Positions 12,570-27,326 of a stretch of 64,000 nt of DNA are shown one piece after another. The stretch is from positions 19,158,001-19,222,000 of the forward strand of contig OZ024746.1 of assembly GCA_964016885.1 (NCBI GenBank). Reading direction: 5' to 3'. The translations under genes were made by a program, and so were the position numbers. A model generated the notes under the pieces. The model saw only the letters and a program-made list of their open reading frames with translations. It did no database searches and was not told where the DNA came from. Position 1 is the stretch's first letter. Every line of letters starts with the position of its first letter. The DNA is from Eledone cirrhosa. Taxonomy: Eukaryota.

Positions 12570-13190
12570 GGCAGACTTCTGTCTGCTACTGGTACCATGT
12601 AACCCAGTATAACCTACTTCATGGTCGGAGACTAAACTGACCCCCCACCCCCCACCCACACACACACCAAACTCTGGTCTGGTTAAGTCAGGCTTATGTC
12701 TGCTACTAGTACCATGTAACCCAGTATAACCTATTTCGTGGTTGGAGACTAAACCATCTCCTCACCAGAACAGGGTCTGGTGAGGAGGGTAAGTAGAACC
12801 ACAGCAGCACAAAAAAACAACAGCTGTTTAAGGGAAAGATGAACTCCTCAGAGTTAATGGCCATCCACCCTAACTATGGGTTAAATAGCCTCACCAACCC
12901 ACAATTGGCCAAGTTTGGTGAGTATGTCTATACCCCTGAAGATATGACCAAAACCAAACAGAAGGCAGAGGAGGTCAATCACATAGGGTTCCTTCAACAG
13001 GTGTGTGTTGGATTGGATATGTATGTATATCTATGTATCCCATCTATGGGTTAAATAGCCTCACCAACCTGCAATTGACCAAGCATGGTGAGTACGACTA
13101 CAACATTGACATGTCCAAAACCAAACAGAAAGTGGTGGAGATCAACCAGGGAGGGGTTCTTCCAACAGGAGTGAGAAGGCTCTGGATTGG

Positions 13191-13223
<33 letters not shown>

Positions 13224-13280
13224 AACATACACATACACCCTTTGACATGACCAAAACCAAACAGAAAGTGGTGGTGAAGG
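12570..13280 (+). repeat. Unclassified interspersed repeat with internal duplications (copies at about 18790, 46190, 51370, 52570 and 55575 on the minus strand)
   Basis: Shared blocks gggttaaatagcctcaccaacc...caagtttggtgagta...cctgaagacatgaccaaaaccaaacaga. Confidence 0.65.
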
Positions 13281-15484
13281 TTATTTCAACATAATTATAT
13301 ATATATATTTTTTGTATGGTCCCGTAACTCCTGATAGATTCGTAGGGGCGCTGTATTGACATACAGCATTTCTTGGGCATTTTAAGCCTTGTGGAGCCCA
13401 TCCCTCTATTAAATCCCAAAGCCTTTATTCTAGCACTCCATCATTTCTGCACCATTCCTAAAACTCTGTAATACTGCAAGCAGTCTATCATAATTGTTGA
13501 AATTATTCTAAAAAAACAGTCGACAAAATCCCCAAAACTCATTCACATGCCAAATGGGAGTGGAACACATCAGACCAAAGAAACAATGTTTCCATTGGTC
13601 TTTCCATTGCTGATACTTTCTACTGGTTTCAACTCCTAACACAAAGAGCAACATGAAATATAGTGTCTTGCTCCAGGATATAGCGCATTACCCAGCCCAG
13701 GAATCAAACTCACAACCTGATTGCGAATCCAATCCTCTAATCACTAAGCCACACACCTTCACAATTATTCTAGTATACTCTAAATCTGATTTTTTTTTTC
13801 TTTCGTTAATATTGACTGTCTTGTCTGAGCACAAGAATCCTTCATTGTTATCAGAGAAGTAAATATAATCAGTTGACCTCAGTATATTACTGCTACATGT
13901 TTATTGTGACCTAACTGTTCCTTAAAGAGCAGAGCAATATTTCTAGGCACCAGATTTGGTTCTATTTTTCACCAAAATTTCTTATTTTCTTTTAACATAT
14001 GTCTCTAGAATCATATAACATTGGTCTTTATGTGTCTAAAATTATCAAAAATTATATTTTATTTCTGTCTGAAATTTTTTCTTTTTTTCTTATTATTTAT
14101 CTACACTAATGTCTCCCTCATTCCTTCACATTGAATATTTGTTGTACACACACATTATTAGCTGCTGTCATGCTGATATTTCTGCCTTAAGCTGAATTTC
14201 TAAGTATTTTAGATAGATGTACAGAAGGAAAAAAATCAATAAACCTAACTAAAAGGAACACATTCAATATGTAGAGCTGCTTTGTTTTGTAGATTTCACT
14301 GTGGTTCTGAAGTGGGGTGGGGTACACATTGCTTTTAGAATTCTGTCATTCTGTCCTTGATGTTCCGCGTTTCTTACTGATTTATCTTTATCTGTTAATG
14401 TCTTTATTTCTTGCCTTATGTGGCATTTCTTCTATCTTGTTACATTCTAAGTACAAATCCTGCTATGGTCAGATTCACCTTTCATCCTTCCAGGGTTGAT
14501 AAAATAAAGTAACTCCTCCAGTATTGGGGATGATTTAATTGTCTAACCCCTTCTCCCCAAATTTCTTATCATGTGCCTTTCTTATAATCTATTATTATTA
14601 ATTGTTGTTGGTAGTAGCGGTAGTGTGTCAGAAAACATGCTTTACGGCATATAGTTATGCACCTTTACATTAAAAGTTCAAATTCTGCCAAGTTTAACTT
14701 TATCTTTCATTCTTATGGGGTTGCTAAAATAAAGTACCAGTAGCGCACTGGCCTTGTGCCTAAATCAGAAACAATTATTAATATTATTGGCAATATCGGT
14801 AGAGCATCAGACAACATGCTTTGTGGCATATAGTTATATCCTTTTGCTTTCAGAGTTCAAATCTGGTGGAGGTTAGCTTTCCCTTTCATCCTTACGGGGG
14901 CAACAAAATAAAGTACCAGTAATGCACTGGGGGTGATTTAATCAACCTTCTCCTCCCTCAGAATTGTTGGCCTTGTGCTTAAATCAGAAACTATTATTAT
15001 TATTTGACTTCTGCTGTTTTAAGCCCTCTTTTTCTGTATCCTGTTATGGATTACCTTGTATGGTTGATTACATTTTCAAAATTTGAACGACTTTCTTCCT
15101 GTTTTAATAATTCATTTCAATTTAACTCACAAGAGGAGCACATATTTCTTATAACATTTATCTCACTTAACTGAAAAAGAGATATTTTGAATAGTTTCTT
15201 GTTTGCCACATATATTTGGTAATGTCAATAACAAAAGAGAAATTGTAGACTTACTGTATATACTCACATATAAGCCACCCCATCCTATTTTATATCTGAG
15301 AAATAGGCAAAAATCCAACCCCCCATTTATAAGCTGTGGCAGCTGACCCACACATTGTTTAGATGGCATATATAAGCTGACCCCCCCCCCCCATTTTGTT
15401 GATTTTTTTGGTCACATATTCCTCGGCTTATATTCGAGTATATATGGTAAGTAAAGCCCTATATTACTTTGTAGTAATGTAGAA

Positions 15485-16188
15485 CAAAGGTTCTAAAAGT
15501 GGGCGCTACTGCACCCCAGGGGTTCACTGAGGTCTAAGGGGGGGGGGGGGGGCAATAGAGATCATATAATAATATATTAAATATCAATGGAGGCACATGG
15601 CTTAGTGGTTAGAGCATTGGCCTTGCAATCGAAAGGTTGTGAGTTCAATTCTCAGACCAGGTGATGTGTTGTTTCCTTGAGCAAGACACTTTATTTCACA
15701 TTGCTCCAGTTTACTCAGCTGTAGAAATGAGATGATAGGGACTGAGGTCCCTATCATTCCACTGTAAAGTGGTCATGGAGGTGCCACAGCAAAAAAGCAC
15801 CCAGCCCACACTGTAAAGTGGACGTGGAGGTGCCATGGAAAAAAAGCACCCAGCACTCACTGTAAATGAGGTTGGTGTTAGGAAGGGCATCCAGCTGTAG
15901 AAATCAAGCCAGAATCGGTTCCCGTCCCACCTTTGCAAGCAGGGAAAAGCGGACGTAAAATGAAATGAAATGATGATCAAATGATACATTATTATATATA
16001 AATATAGTAAAATAAAAAAATATATATTTATACATAGTATATATTATATTGTTTATTATATATAAATTAACGATTTTTTTTATTTATTATATATTATTTA
16101 CAATTTGCGTGTAGGCAGGTCTCTCTGGAAATATGGTCAGGGGGCGCTAAGAGTAGGGGGGGGGGGGGGGAAAGTTTAAGAACCTCTG
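15485..16188. mobile_element. hAT (Charlie-like) MITE carrying a nested family-A SINE
   Basis: Perfect 8-bp TSD atgtagaa (15477-15484, 16189-16196); TIRs CAAAGGTTCTAAAA / TTTAAGAACCTCTG. Confidence 0.8.
15589..15976 (+). mobile_element. Full-length family-A tRNA-head SINE
   Basis: ggaggcacatggcttagtggttagagc head, internal 11-bp hairpin, two 48-bp modules, (ATGA)-type tail. Confidence 0.88.
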
Positions 16189-16645
16189 ATGTAGAAGATA
16201 GTAATTTCTACTAATTCAAAACCATCATTTATGTTATTTCAGTTAAACCTTGTAAAAATGTTATCTTCTATCACTTTACATAGATGTCTTATTATTAAGT
16301 CAAGTTACTTGATGAAAGATTGTCATTTTGAAAACTTAGACACAGCTCGAAACAAAACTTTTATTTTTCTTCTTCAAATCTTTAGATTCAAGATTTTTCT
16401 TCTTCTTTATATTGAATTAGGGTTCTTGTTGATAGTTTTTTTTTTACTTTTCTTATATTTTACTTATTGTGTTTGTCTTGATCCTGTCTTTTCACTTGAT
16501 ATCTTATGAGTCATTTTATTGATCGTTTATATATTTATCACACTGGAATTTGTTATGATGTATGATAGGAATATTGACTCATATACAATAACAAACTCAC
16601 CCTCTCCCATCTTTGAAAAGTCAGATATTGTCGGATATATATATA

Positions 16646-16846
16646 TACGGAGGCTGGCTGAAAAGTTCATAGGCTGACCAAGATACTCTCATGGAATGAC
16701 CAAATGAAGTTTATTTTTCGACAAAATCCCTGGAAAGAAACAATGCAGTTATTAATAAGAAGAGTTGAAAATTAATGCATGCAAGATTTCACAGCTCTAA
16801 TATCACTCCTTCTTAGTCAGCCTATGGACTTTTCAGTCTACTCTCT
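16646..16846. mobile_element. mariner-type MITE (related copy at about 45147-45258)
   Basis: TIRs ggctgaaaagttcataggctgac / gtcagcctatggacttttcagtc. Confidence 0.65.
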
Positions 16847-17486
16847 TCTGATGGAAGATCTGACATTGAACAGAATCTAATCCTCCTCTACATATAAACT
16901 CTCTGAGAGGATATCTTTACTTTGAAAAATAAAATCTTGAGATCTTTGTTTTCGGAATGTTTACATGCAATCAGAATGTTGATCTGGTTTTTTTTGTTTT
17001 TTTTTTATTGGTTTGGCTTAACTACTGATAGCATGATATAGATAACTGTAAAAACAGTTGCAAATGTAATGATTGTGCAGTGATCTCTTGTAGATGTTAT
17101 GGGTAGAGGCATGGGTTATTGTATAGAGTAACTGATCTTTATCAGTTAATGTTTTGAATTTTATGGGTTAGGGAATTTGGGAGCAGCTTTCTGTTTTTTT
17201 AATTTTATTTTGTATATATATATATATACATATATATACACACACATATAAATATATTGTGAAAAGTTATAGTGCCCGATGGCTGAGCTCACTATATTTC
17301 AATGGTGAGTGGATTACTGAATTATCTGTTCATTTTCAGCTATTTCCGTATGTTGTTTCATCAGGGGTGGGGGGTGAGTGGGTTTGGGGTAAGTGGAGAA
17401 AAGGGTGTAGTTGGGGGAGGAGTGGAATAAGTTACTGAGTGAACTCTGTGTGTGAGGGGGGGGGGGGCTTTGGTCGATAGTCTATA

Positions 17487-17529
<43 letters not shown>

Positions 17530-18059
17530 GTTAATGTTCATATTGATTTGTAACTAACTATATTGCAGTTGTTTATCATTTTGTGTTTCAGAAGAGTAAG
17601 AGTCTCAAATAGATTAATATAATGATTGGATTCAAGTCCTTTCTAATTTTATTTTTATTATATTCTGTATAGGTTTTCTATTTTTTAAAATTTATTCCAA
17701 GCACAGTCTTATTTTCTTTTCATTATCCCTGGTCAATAAATATCTTTAATGATTGGATGAAAACAACCTTCTCTGTGGTCAATATATATGTATAAATCAA
17801 AATATACTTTACATACTTTAATCTCCATAAAATTGTCCTCCTATCAAAATGATAAGAAATCTGTACTAAATATCAGTTTTGTGAAGCTGTCACATCTTCC
17901 CACAACTTTTTTTTTTATCATTTAGAACAGGGGTCCTGAAACTTTTGACTCCAGGCATGTACAGGAAATAAAAATGAATGTATATTAATAATGATTATAT
18001 ATATTTATGGTCATGAATCTTAGGTAGTAACTGAAAGAATATGATGACAAATACAATCC

Positions 18060-18465
18060 ACTGAAAGGTGGTTCCTCCAAAGGGTCCTTGGAGTAACGTT
18101 ACTTGATAGAGTGCATAGCTCGGAGATCAGAGAGTCACTCACGGTAGAGCTGTTACTTTTCTCAATTGAGAGATCGTAGCTCTGATACTACAGGCCTACA
18201 GGCATGTAGTTAGAATGTCTCTGGAAAGAATCACTGGACAAATTTTATGGGCAAAACCAACTGACAGGAGACCCAGGTCCCTCCCCCCTTTCTCCAAGCA
18301 AGATATTTGGATAACATCCATGATCTCAGCTGGTCTTGCTTGGGGATCCAGTTGGATCAATTGGAGAGGGTTGCTTCTCATAGGCCACACTGGATGAAGT
18401 GTTTAAGGATTCTTCCCCACGACTCTTCCAGGAATAAGTGGGTTAAAAAAAAGAAGAATGATTAT
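18060..18465 (+). mobile_element. RTE-clade LINE 3' fragment (same family at 47930-48360)
   Basis: IERS..RYYRHVVRMSLERITGQILWAKPTDRRPR...W.DNIHDLSWS.LGI. Confidence 0.7.
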
Positions 18466-21400
18466 GAAAATAATGAGAATAATGAGATAAAAGAAAACTC
18501 CATAACAATGATTCTACATTGGTAAGAAACGCTACTTTTGAATCATACAAATTAACAAGTCTTTGCAAGCTATAATTGTTTAACCACTATCTTATCTGTG
18601 TGCTAAAGTAATTGGTTAAAAGTTTTTTTATTTTTTCATATAACATTACAGTCATGAATTGAGAGGATGTCATTTAATTTTATTAAATGACATCCATTTT
18701 TAAAGCACCATGCTGTACTACTGAGTTTCTTGGATACAAGATGGTGTCTGTGTAATACACAATATAAAATAGATAATAAAAACTCCCAAATCCAAACTCC
18801 AGTGCCTTCTCACTCCTACTGGAGCAACCCCTTCCTAGTTGACCTCCACTACTTCCTATCTTTGGATATTGAGTCATGTGGCGCAGAGGTATCATGTCAG
18901 ATCATCTTGCCTTTGGCTGCCCTCTCGTTCTTCTCCACTGCTTTGGTGTCCACTTTGTCATTCTAATATTCCCCCTTTGTCTCTGAAATGAGAGACGTGG
19001 CCAACCTATCTATGTTTGGCCTTCTTAATGGTTTTCTGAAAGACATAAATAATAAAAACTAAATATATATAAATCAGAAATGTGTATAAACAGATTGTGT
19101 TTTCTATTGTTTTATGTATAATTTTTTTTATACAGATATTAAATTTTAACCTTGAAGTTGGTATCAACCAATTTTCAGGACCCCCTGATTTAAAGGAACT
19201 TATTTTTAAACACAATCTTTGCTACATTGGGCCACATTTAGAAAATGTTCCTTCATAATAATTATTGGGAGCAGGCTTGAGCAGAATGTTCATCATTCAG
19301 GGGTTTTTTTTGAAAAAAAAAAATGGAATTATTGATATTACAGGCAAACTTATATTTAGGCCTTTGCCTTCATATTTTTGCTGCATGGTGCTAACCTGCT
19401 TGTGATATTATTTTCCTGCAAGCAATTAGCAATTTATCTGTCATATGATAGTACAGAGCTTAATTATAATATGAATTCATCCATATAAGAGTAATGGGTA
19501 ATTATCTAGAAATTCTAACTTGCAGCTGAATAGTTAGTTATATTGCCACTTCATATCTACTTTACTTAGACTTAGAAGCTCCTGCGTCTTGAGACACAGG
19601 AGGCAACCAAAGTTCTCCAATGAACACAGTTAGTTGCATCTATCAATACATTGTTCCAGCTTTTGTTGATGTGTGTGTGTGTGTGTGTGTGACTTTTCTT
19701 GGGAAGCATAAGGCAACAAAAGTGCTCCTATGACCATGGTCAGTTGCATCTGTCAGTACATTGTTCCAGCTTTTGTTGACGTGTTTCAGCTCTGTGTGTG
19801 TGTGGCTTATTTTGGGACGTATGAGGCAACCAGACAATCGATAGAGACCTGGAACTCATCAACAAAATTTAGAACGATGTATTGATGACAGATATATACT
19901 GTATACTTGAATATAAGCTGAGGAATATGTAACCAAAAAATCAATGGTAGAAGGGGGTCGGCTTATATTTGGGGTCAGTATTTTGATGATTTTCACCAAC
20001 TTCAAATTCTATGTAAATAAGGTTTGAATTTTTTCCCATTTCTCAGACATAAAATAGTGGGGTTGACTTATATTTGAGTATTTAGCATACTTTGTTTAAT
20101 ATAAATGCATTTTTGCCAATTCTAAAGTGAAATTAGTTAACTGTTTTTGTATTATTAAAAATAAATAAATAAATAAAAAATTTGGGAGTTACTTTTACCA
20201 TTTTAAATTATTTTTTTTTTTAAAGACTTTTTGCAGCAGTTTTCTTATTAAAATTTCATATTTAAATAGTTAACCTATTTTTTGTCCCTCCCACTGTAGT
20301 TAGTTTTCTTCCATTGATTTCACTCAACATAATGCTAACTATAAACAAATAGCACATATTTTTAATGTTATTTCGTTTTGTTGCTGATGACATCATACAG
20401 AGAGAGAGAGAGCTTTTGTTTAGCAGGAATTATTAACATGAGATATAGTTGCGATAGTTCATTTAGCTGATTAAATTGCTGGTGGCATTCAGCCATAGTA
20501 CCAATGCTTATTGCATGTTGCTGCAGATATTGTAACAACTATGGTATGTCTGACAGACTGGTGGTTAGCATGTTGGGACTTTAAGGGGTTTTTTTTATAT
20601 GTAGAAGGAAGGCAGTGAATTATATACGGGAATTCCACTGTAATATGAATTTTAATATATGGATAGATAGTATGGTCCCGTAACTCCTGATGCAGTTGTA
20701 GAGATGCCATAGTGACATACAGTGTTTCTTGGGCATTTTTAAATTAGGCAGTGCCCATCACCTCCCAAGGTCTGAACACAGCAGATTTGTTGCAGGGAAG
20801 GATAGAGAGTGAGAGAGAGGCAGTGAAAAAGAGATATAGAGGAAGAATCAGCCCCAGTACTAGACTGGTATTTTTTTTATCGACTTCGAATGGATGAACG
20901 GTAAAGTTGAACTCGGAGAGTGTAAAGAGTCGGAATGAATGCCGCAAAGCATTCTATCTAATGTTCTAAAAACTCTGCCAATTCGCTGCCTATATAAGGA
21001 TAGCTAGAAATGACCTAAAGATCTGACTTGGTAGATAGACCTAAATTGTAGAATCCCCTACTGAACATACTGTTAATACTAACCCACAGTTTGAGCAACT
21101 TTTTTGCAACTATCAAATACCCTTTTGTAGGTCAACAAATACAAGATAAAATAATTCTATGCTGCAGTGTATGATGTCACTTGTAGTTATCTTAGCAGAA
21201 ATATGACATCTGGATTCTCTGTTCTGGTTCTAATCTAAACTACATCCTATTCAACTTCCTTCTCTAGTATTTATGCTTTCCTTCTTTGCATTAATACTAT
21301 TTATCAAATCCAATAAACTTGAGAGCCCCTATAACAACTGCTTTCTTATTTTATCCTATTATTTTCTAGTATTTCATAATAGTATTGCTAGATTTCTTAA

Positions 21401-24194
21401 CACCATTTATACACACATTCTTACATTGTGTCTCTACCTACACTGATGTTCTCAGGACTTCACATGCTTCATCTCATAGCATTGTGATTTTTTAATTAAT
21501 CCTTACAGTAACTTCATTAACTAAATTATCTGTTGATTCATCTATTACTAATTTTTCTCTTCACACCTACTTTTTATTTCATTGTGATCAAAATCTAAGG
21601 CACTTTCTTCCATTGATGTTTTAAATTGTCTTTACAAACTGCCCCTACAGCACAGGGTCTAAGAGGACATTTCAGTGCCATGATAAAATGCACACAGTTC
21701 ACATTGTAAAGTGCTAGTGTTATGATAGACGCACGCAGACAACTCTGTAAAGTACTAGTGTTGGTGCCATGAAAACATGCATCTAGTACATCCTGTAATA
21801 TGGTTGATGTTAGGAAGGGCATCCAACCATAGAAACCATGCCAAATATGGAATGTATGAGCAAAAATGTGGTCACTTGACTTGTCTAGCCTTAGAACATA
21901 ACAACCTATCTAACCCATGCCAGGATGGAAAGCAGACATGAAAACAATAATGATAGTAATGGTGGTGAAATGTTTCATGACATTTACATGTCTGTGCAAT
22001 TTTACAGTTTTTTTGGTAAAAAGTATTATTCAGGTCAGTGCAGTGATGTTACCTCATGCCTTCTGATATTTAATGTAACAGTGAGGGAGCTCATACATAG
22101 TTGTTTGACTAATTGGAAAACACAGCAAAAACTCTCTCAAATTTAGCCCTATTGTCCTAAGAAACTTGCCCAAGATAACAACTACAATTGCTCAAAGACA
22201 TTGCAGGACATTGCTGGAGAAGTAAGCAGGAAGTTATACATAAGCTACTATTGTGAGAACCAACTCACGGGAGACGCAGTGGAGGAAGACCTCCTCGAAC
22301 ATTCATTGATACAAACCTCAATAAGGGACAATGGAAAATCGTGAATTGTGGAGAGACTGTCAGGAATATTTGACTGCGGTCAGTATAAGATTCTAAGAAA
22401 GAGTGGTCATGTCTGGAATCTCATTGATCATAGGTCTGTAGAATTAGGACTGATCTAGGGGCTACTGCTACAATTGCCTTCACATAATTTCTGCAGTCAA
22501 TGCTCATATTTCACTATTATACAACATACATTACACCATATAACGGAGCCCTTTATTCACAAGAGAAAGAATCCTTTTGTTGCCAGGAGAAGTAATATTT
22601 ACCTGAACTTTTCTCCATCCTATTCTTACTCTGTTTCCTATACTTTTGGAACACCTGTTAATTGGAGAGACCTTTGAGTATATGAAAGAATTTATTTTAT
22701 GGGTGCTATTACTGCTAAGTACGCTTTTGCACGTGTTACATACAAAGTTCTTCTCTTTCAGCCTACTCCTGATCCAACTACATCTCTTGTATACCCATAG
22801 TTTACATGTAACAAATAAATCACTCTACCGTTCTCAGCCTTGCCTTTCTGAGATCATAAGGCGTAGGAAGCTCACATTAACCGGACATATGTAATGTCGC
22901 AATGAACCTATTGGCAGAGTTTTTTCTGGAAACCTGATGTGTGAGACATGTTGGGAGCCCAACCATCCTACTGAAGGTTCTTGAAAATGACACCGGATTG
23001 GAGGTAGAGGAAATTCAGAGTGCAATGTTGGAGGAGGAACTTGATCATGGCACTGGTAACGGATGTATAGAAGTTTATATTGGGTAGATGTCAGTAGTGT
23101 CTTGTCATCTTTCATGATAACTAAAACTTTTGTATTTGATTGAATTACTTTTAATATCCTGTACCACATGGCATTTTTGAAAAGTACCAAACAGCACTGT
23201 GATTGCATCACATTAAAAATAATTCATTATTTTAGTTTACTACAAATTTTTACAAGAATTGGTCTACTAGTAAAGCTAGTGAATTAATAAACATGGTTTT
23301 AGATATTTTCTAAATCATTACAAAATATTAAGAGAGACAGCAAATTTTCAAAATTATCAGCTTACTACTAAAGATACAACAAACATATGAACCAACAAAC
23401 CTATTTTTAGATATATTTTGCTAAATCATTACAGGATGTTAAGAGATAATATTGCAAGTTTTGACTATTGTCTGCCCACTAGTAAATATGCTGTATTAAC
23501 AAATCAGATTTTAGATATTTCTACTAAATTATTACAGGATATTATGAGTTAAATAACTGTTTCTACTTTAGGCACAAGGCCAGCAATTACCCAGTGCATT
23601 ACTGGTACTTTATTTTATCGACCCCCGTAAGGATGAAAGGCAAAGTCAACCTCGGCGGGATTTGAACTCTGATCGTAAAGGGACGTAACTATGCTGGAAA
23701 GCATGGCGTCCAACCCTCTACTGATACTGCCAATCCACTGCACGCACACATATGTACCAGTTAGACAGTCTGTCAAGTATATCTCCTCTCATCTTGGCAT
23801 TTTGTCGTCTCGTACATATGTGTGACCCAGTATCTAGAGAGAGGTCTTTTAAGTTCATTTAAGAGACTTGATTGGAAAAATAATGAAACTAAATTCACTG
23901 TGGTTTAATAGGTACCCAGTAGGTGATACACGCGAAGCCCTACCAGTGAAATACAATCTCAAGTTAGTTTTGTACATAGGTATAATTTTTATCATGATTA
24001 TGGCTTTACAGAATCATTAGATTTACATTCTAATTTCAAATGCCCTGAAGTTATCTTAACCTTTTGTCCTTCTGGAACAGATGAAATAATTACTAGTCAA
24101 GTATTGGAGAAGATTAGAATGACTATATCCATACCTAAAATTTGTGCCTTGTGCATGAGAAAATATCATTATTGTGACTGATAATTTGTAAAGC

Positions 24195-24490
24195 GGTTAT
24201 TACCCTCTTTTCAAATGCCAAAACAAACAACAGTACAAAGCGAACAATTGATGTGTTCTTCCCAATATGTTGATCATTCGTTTTGTTTTGAACTGTTTTT
24301 GTTTTTACATTTGAAAAGGGGGTTATAGCCCTGAAATATCATGTTGAAATATACTGGGTAAAACATTACTTTGTTGTTTTGTTTTATTTGTCATCCTTTT
24401 ATAAATTTCTATCACTTTGTGCTAGTTTTCTGAAATACTTGTCAGTCTTTTATTACATATCTCATAATGCTTCATGTTAACTATACTGTA
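24195..24490 (+). mobile_element. Penelope-like element end with degenerate hammerhead and inverted partial copy (family also at 32860-33046 and 49230-49480)
   Basis: acat-TTGAAAA-gggg..ccct-GAAA-tatc-atgt; shares its 3' sequence with the GIY-YIG-bearing copy at 49.2-49.7 kb. Confidence 0.6.
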
Positions 24491-24909
24491 TTTTCTTCAT
24501 TATTGTTTTCTTAATCTAAGAAATCTTTTGTTTTAGATATAAGCAATCGTTTTTATGTAAGAATGGGATGTGTGTCTGCTGTAATAGTTTTACAGCTAGA
24601 TGTCCTTCCTATTGTCCTTCCTATTACTCAACTGTTAAGTAGGAATAACATTTTCAATCAGTCAAACTGGATGAGGTAGAGTTTATTTATTCTGAGAAAC
24701 AACACAACAGCTCTACTTAGAATGAACTTATGATCATGTAGTCAGTAGTCAAGCACCTTTACATAACAGCCATTATATGGCTATGTATGTTGCTCTCTTG
24801 ATGCATTTTTAATTATACATTCGTTTTGAACTCCCCCTGTCCCACCAACCATTTTAATGTTCAAATTATATTCGATAACCTTAAAAGATCTCCGTGCTTA
24901 AATTTCTAT

Positions 24910-25232
24910 ATAATAATAATAATAATAATGAAATTATTGTGTACAGTGCTCAGGTGCACTACAACTCGTCAAAGGTGGATGTATAGTACATAGAATAATA
25001 TACAAATGTCAGGGAAGTGAATAGTGTATGAGTCATGATATACGTGTGTATGTGTATGGAGGGGGAATATTAGGTGTAGTGTTGGAGAATCTCGGGAAGC
25101 ATGGAGGTTTTAAAGGATGCAGTGTTTCGACAGCTAATAACTGATGCAGGTAGTTTGTTCCATGCTTCAGCAACCCTGAGCGTGAAAAAATGTTTCCGAA
25201 AGTCATGGGAACTGTGCTGTTTTCTGACTTTT
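24910..25232 (-). mobile_element. CR1/L2-type LINE 3' end with (TTA)n tail
   Basis: Minus-strand FRKHFFTLRVAEAWNKLPASVISCRNTASFK. Confidence 0.75.
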
Positions 25233-25496
25233 ACCTTTTATTCTCAAATACTATTTGGCCCATAATTCTTTTATTTCTTTAATTTTTCACCTTTTTCTTT
25301 TTAGAATTATTTTAATTCCATATGTATTTCTATATTTGCTATTTTTGTAAAGAACTCTTTACAAAAATTGGTAGAATCTTAATTTTGAGGGTTATAATAT
25401 ATATGATTCTTATTTTAATGTCTGTGTAAATGCAGATTGTGACACAGTTGCTATTAGAAAGTCCCTGCTCATTTGGTGCCTAATTAATTAAAGGTG

Positions 25497-25533
<37 letters not shown>

Positions 25534-26810
25534 ATTTCTTTAACTATATTTGTATATGTATATATATAATTAACATCTGTAGCATGTTGGCTCCCAGCCA
25601 TTTGGCACAGGAAATAACAATTCAGAAATTGAACATATGCCACTGGGAGACAAGATGATTATTAGTAAAGTTTAAAATATGCCTTTAAAAAAATGTCAGA
25701 AAATGTCATTTTAAAATAATTATATTTCGTTGTGGGTGGTGTTAGTTTCAACTCTGATATCTACATTGGTTGAAATTTATTTGATATGAAATCACTCGAA
25801 CAATTCTAATGTATTATAATTTCTCTTGTTCTAAAACAAAACAAAACCAAAATTAATTTGGTAATTTTAAAGATTCTGGATGTGGTTTTTGTTTTGAGCT
25901 TCTTGAGAAATACCACCAATGGATTATTAGTATGTTTTGTTGCACTTCACATCTTGATTAAATACTCCATTGTTAATATATTCATTTGATGATCACTGGG
26001 TAAAGATGTGGCAGAAAATCATAGAGGAAGGCCAAGGAAGACCTGGGCAGAGGTGGTGAGAGCTGATCTCAAATTGCTGAGACTAGCAGAGATGACGAAG
26101 GAACACAGCTAGTGGAGAAATGCTGTGCTGAAAAGGACCCATCCGACCCATGCAAGCATGGAAAAATGGATGTAAAAACCATGATGATGATGTTGATGAG
26201 TTTTGCTCAATTAACTTCCTGATGTTAAAAAGTGATGATGGACAGTAAGAAACATTAACAAAATAATTAATGCAGTTGCTCAGACTGATTTCCTACAACC
26301 TTCTACTTCTTCATATAGATTAGCCCACATTGCTTCCACTGAAAATGGAATTAAATGTACAAGAAAAGACAAAACATCTATTTTATATAATGTTGTTGGT
26401 GAGGAATACTTGGAAATTGTTATAGCACAACTGAAAAGCATGAAATTTTCATTAATTTTTCCTGACTTACAAATGTTTTTACAATAAAACAACTTGTTCT
26501 AATAGCTAGGTTTTACATTCAGAAGACTTGCAAATCAATTGCCTAAGGAATTTAATTCTCTTTATATTTTTTGAAACATAACATCCCATTTAAAAATCTG
26601 ATTGTAATGAAGGATGTCAAAAGGTAATGTTCAGTGTCTTCTGAAGCAGGAAGTGTCATATCCCTTTCTACAAGGCTAACTATACCATTCACTACATTTA
26701 TGTGTATCCTATATGTTGTAGTCAAGGCATGTGGCCTAGTGGTAAGGGTGTTGGACTTATGATCATGTCATGGATTTGTGCTCTCCTTGGTCTCAACACT
26801 GCAAACTATA

Positions 26811-27145
26811 TCATCATCATCATTTTACGTCCACTTTTCCCTGCTTGCAAGGGTGGGACGGGAACTGATTCTGGCTTGATTTCTACAGCTGGATGCCCTT
26901 CCTAACATCAACCTCATTTTACAGTGAGTGCTGGGTGCTTTTTTGCTGTGGCACCTCATCAACCACTTTGCAGTGGAATGATAGGGACCCCAGTTCTATC
27001 ATCTCATTTCTATAGCTGAGTAAACTGGAGCAATGTGAAATAAAGTGCCTTGCTCAAGGAAACAACACATCACCCGGTTTGAGAATTGAACTCACAACCT
27101 TTCTATTGCAAGCCCAATGCTCTAACCACTAAGCCATGTGCCTCC
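26811..27145 (-). mobile_element. Full-length family-A SINE
   Basis: Reverse complement of 15589-15976 with a single 48-bp module. Confidence 0.88.
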
Positions 27146-27326
27146 AATTATATATATATATATAAATTTTGAGTATATGTTGGTTGTTTACCGACACCTC
27201 AGTATGCAGATTGGAGCACTCAACGAAGTACGCAGGTTGGTTTGTTTACTCTGGAGTAATGTAAAATAAAATAAGTAACTCAAATATGTAAAATATTTGG
27301 CTTTGTTTATTATAAATTATAAATTT

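Noticed and set aside
15589-15660. tRNA gene
   Set aside because: A/B boxes continue into SINE body and tail, with no proper acceptor stem. The same holds for the other SINE heads.
20384-20470. C/D snoRNA (TGATGA...CTGA)
   Set aside because: Non-canonical C box context, no terminal stem and no recognisable rRNA guide.
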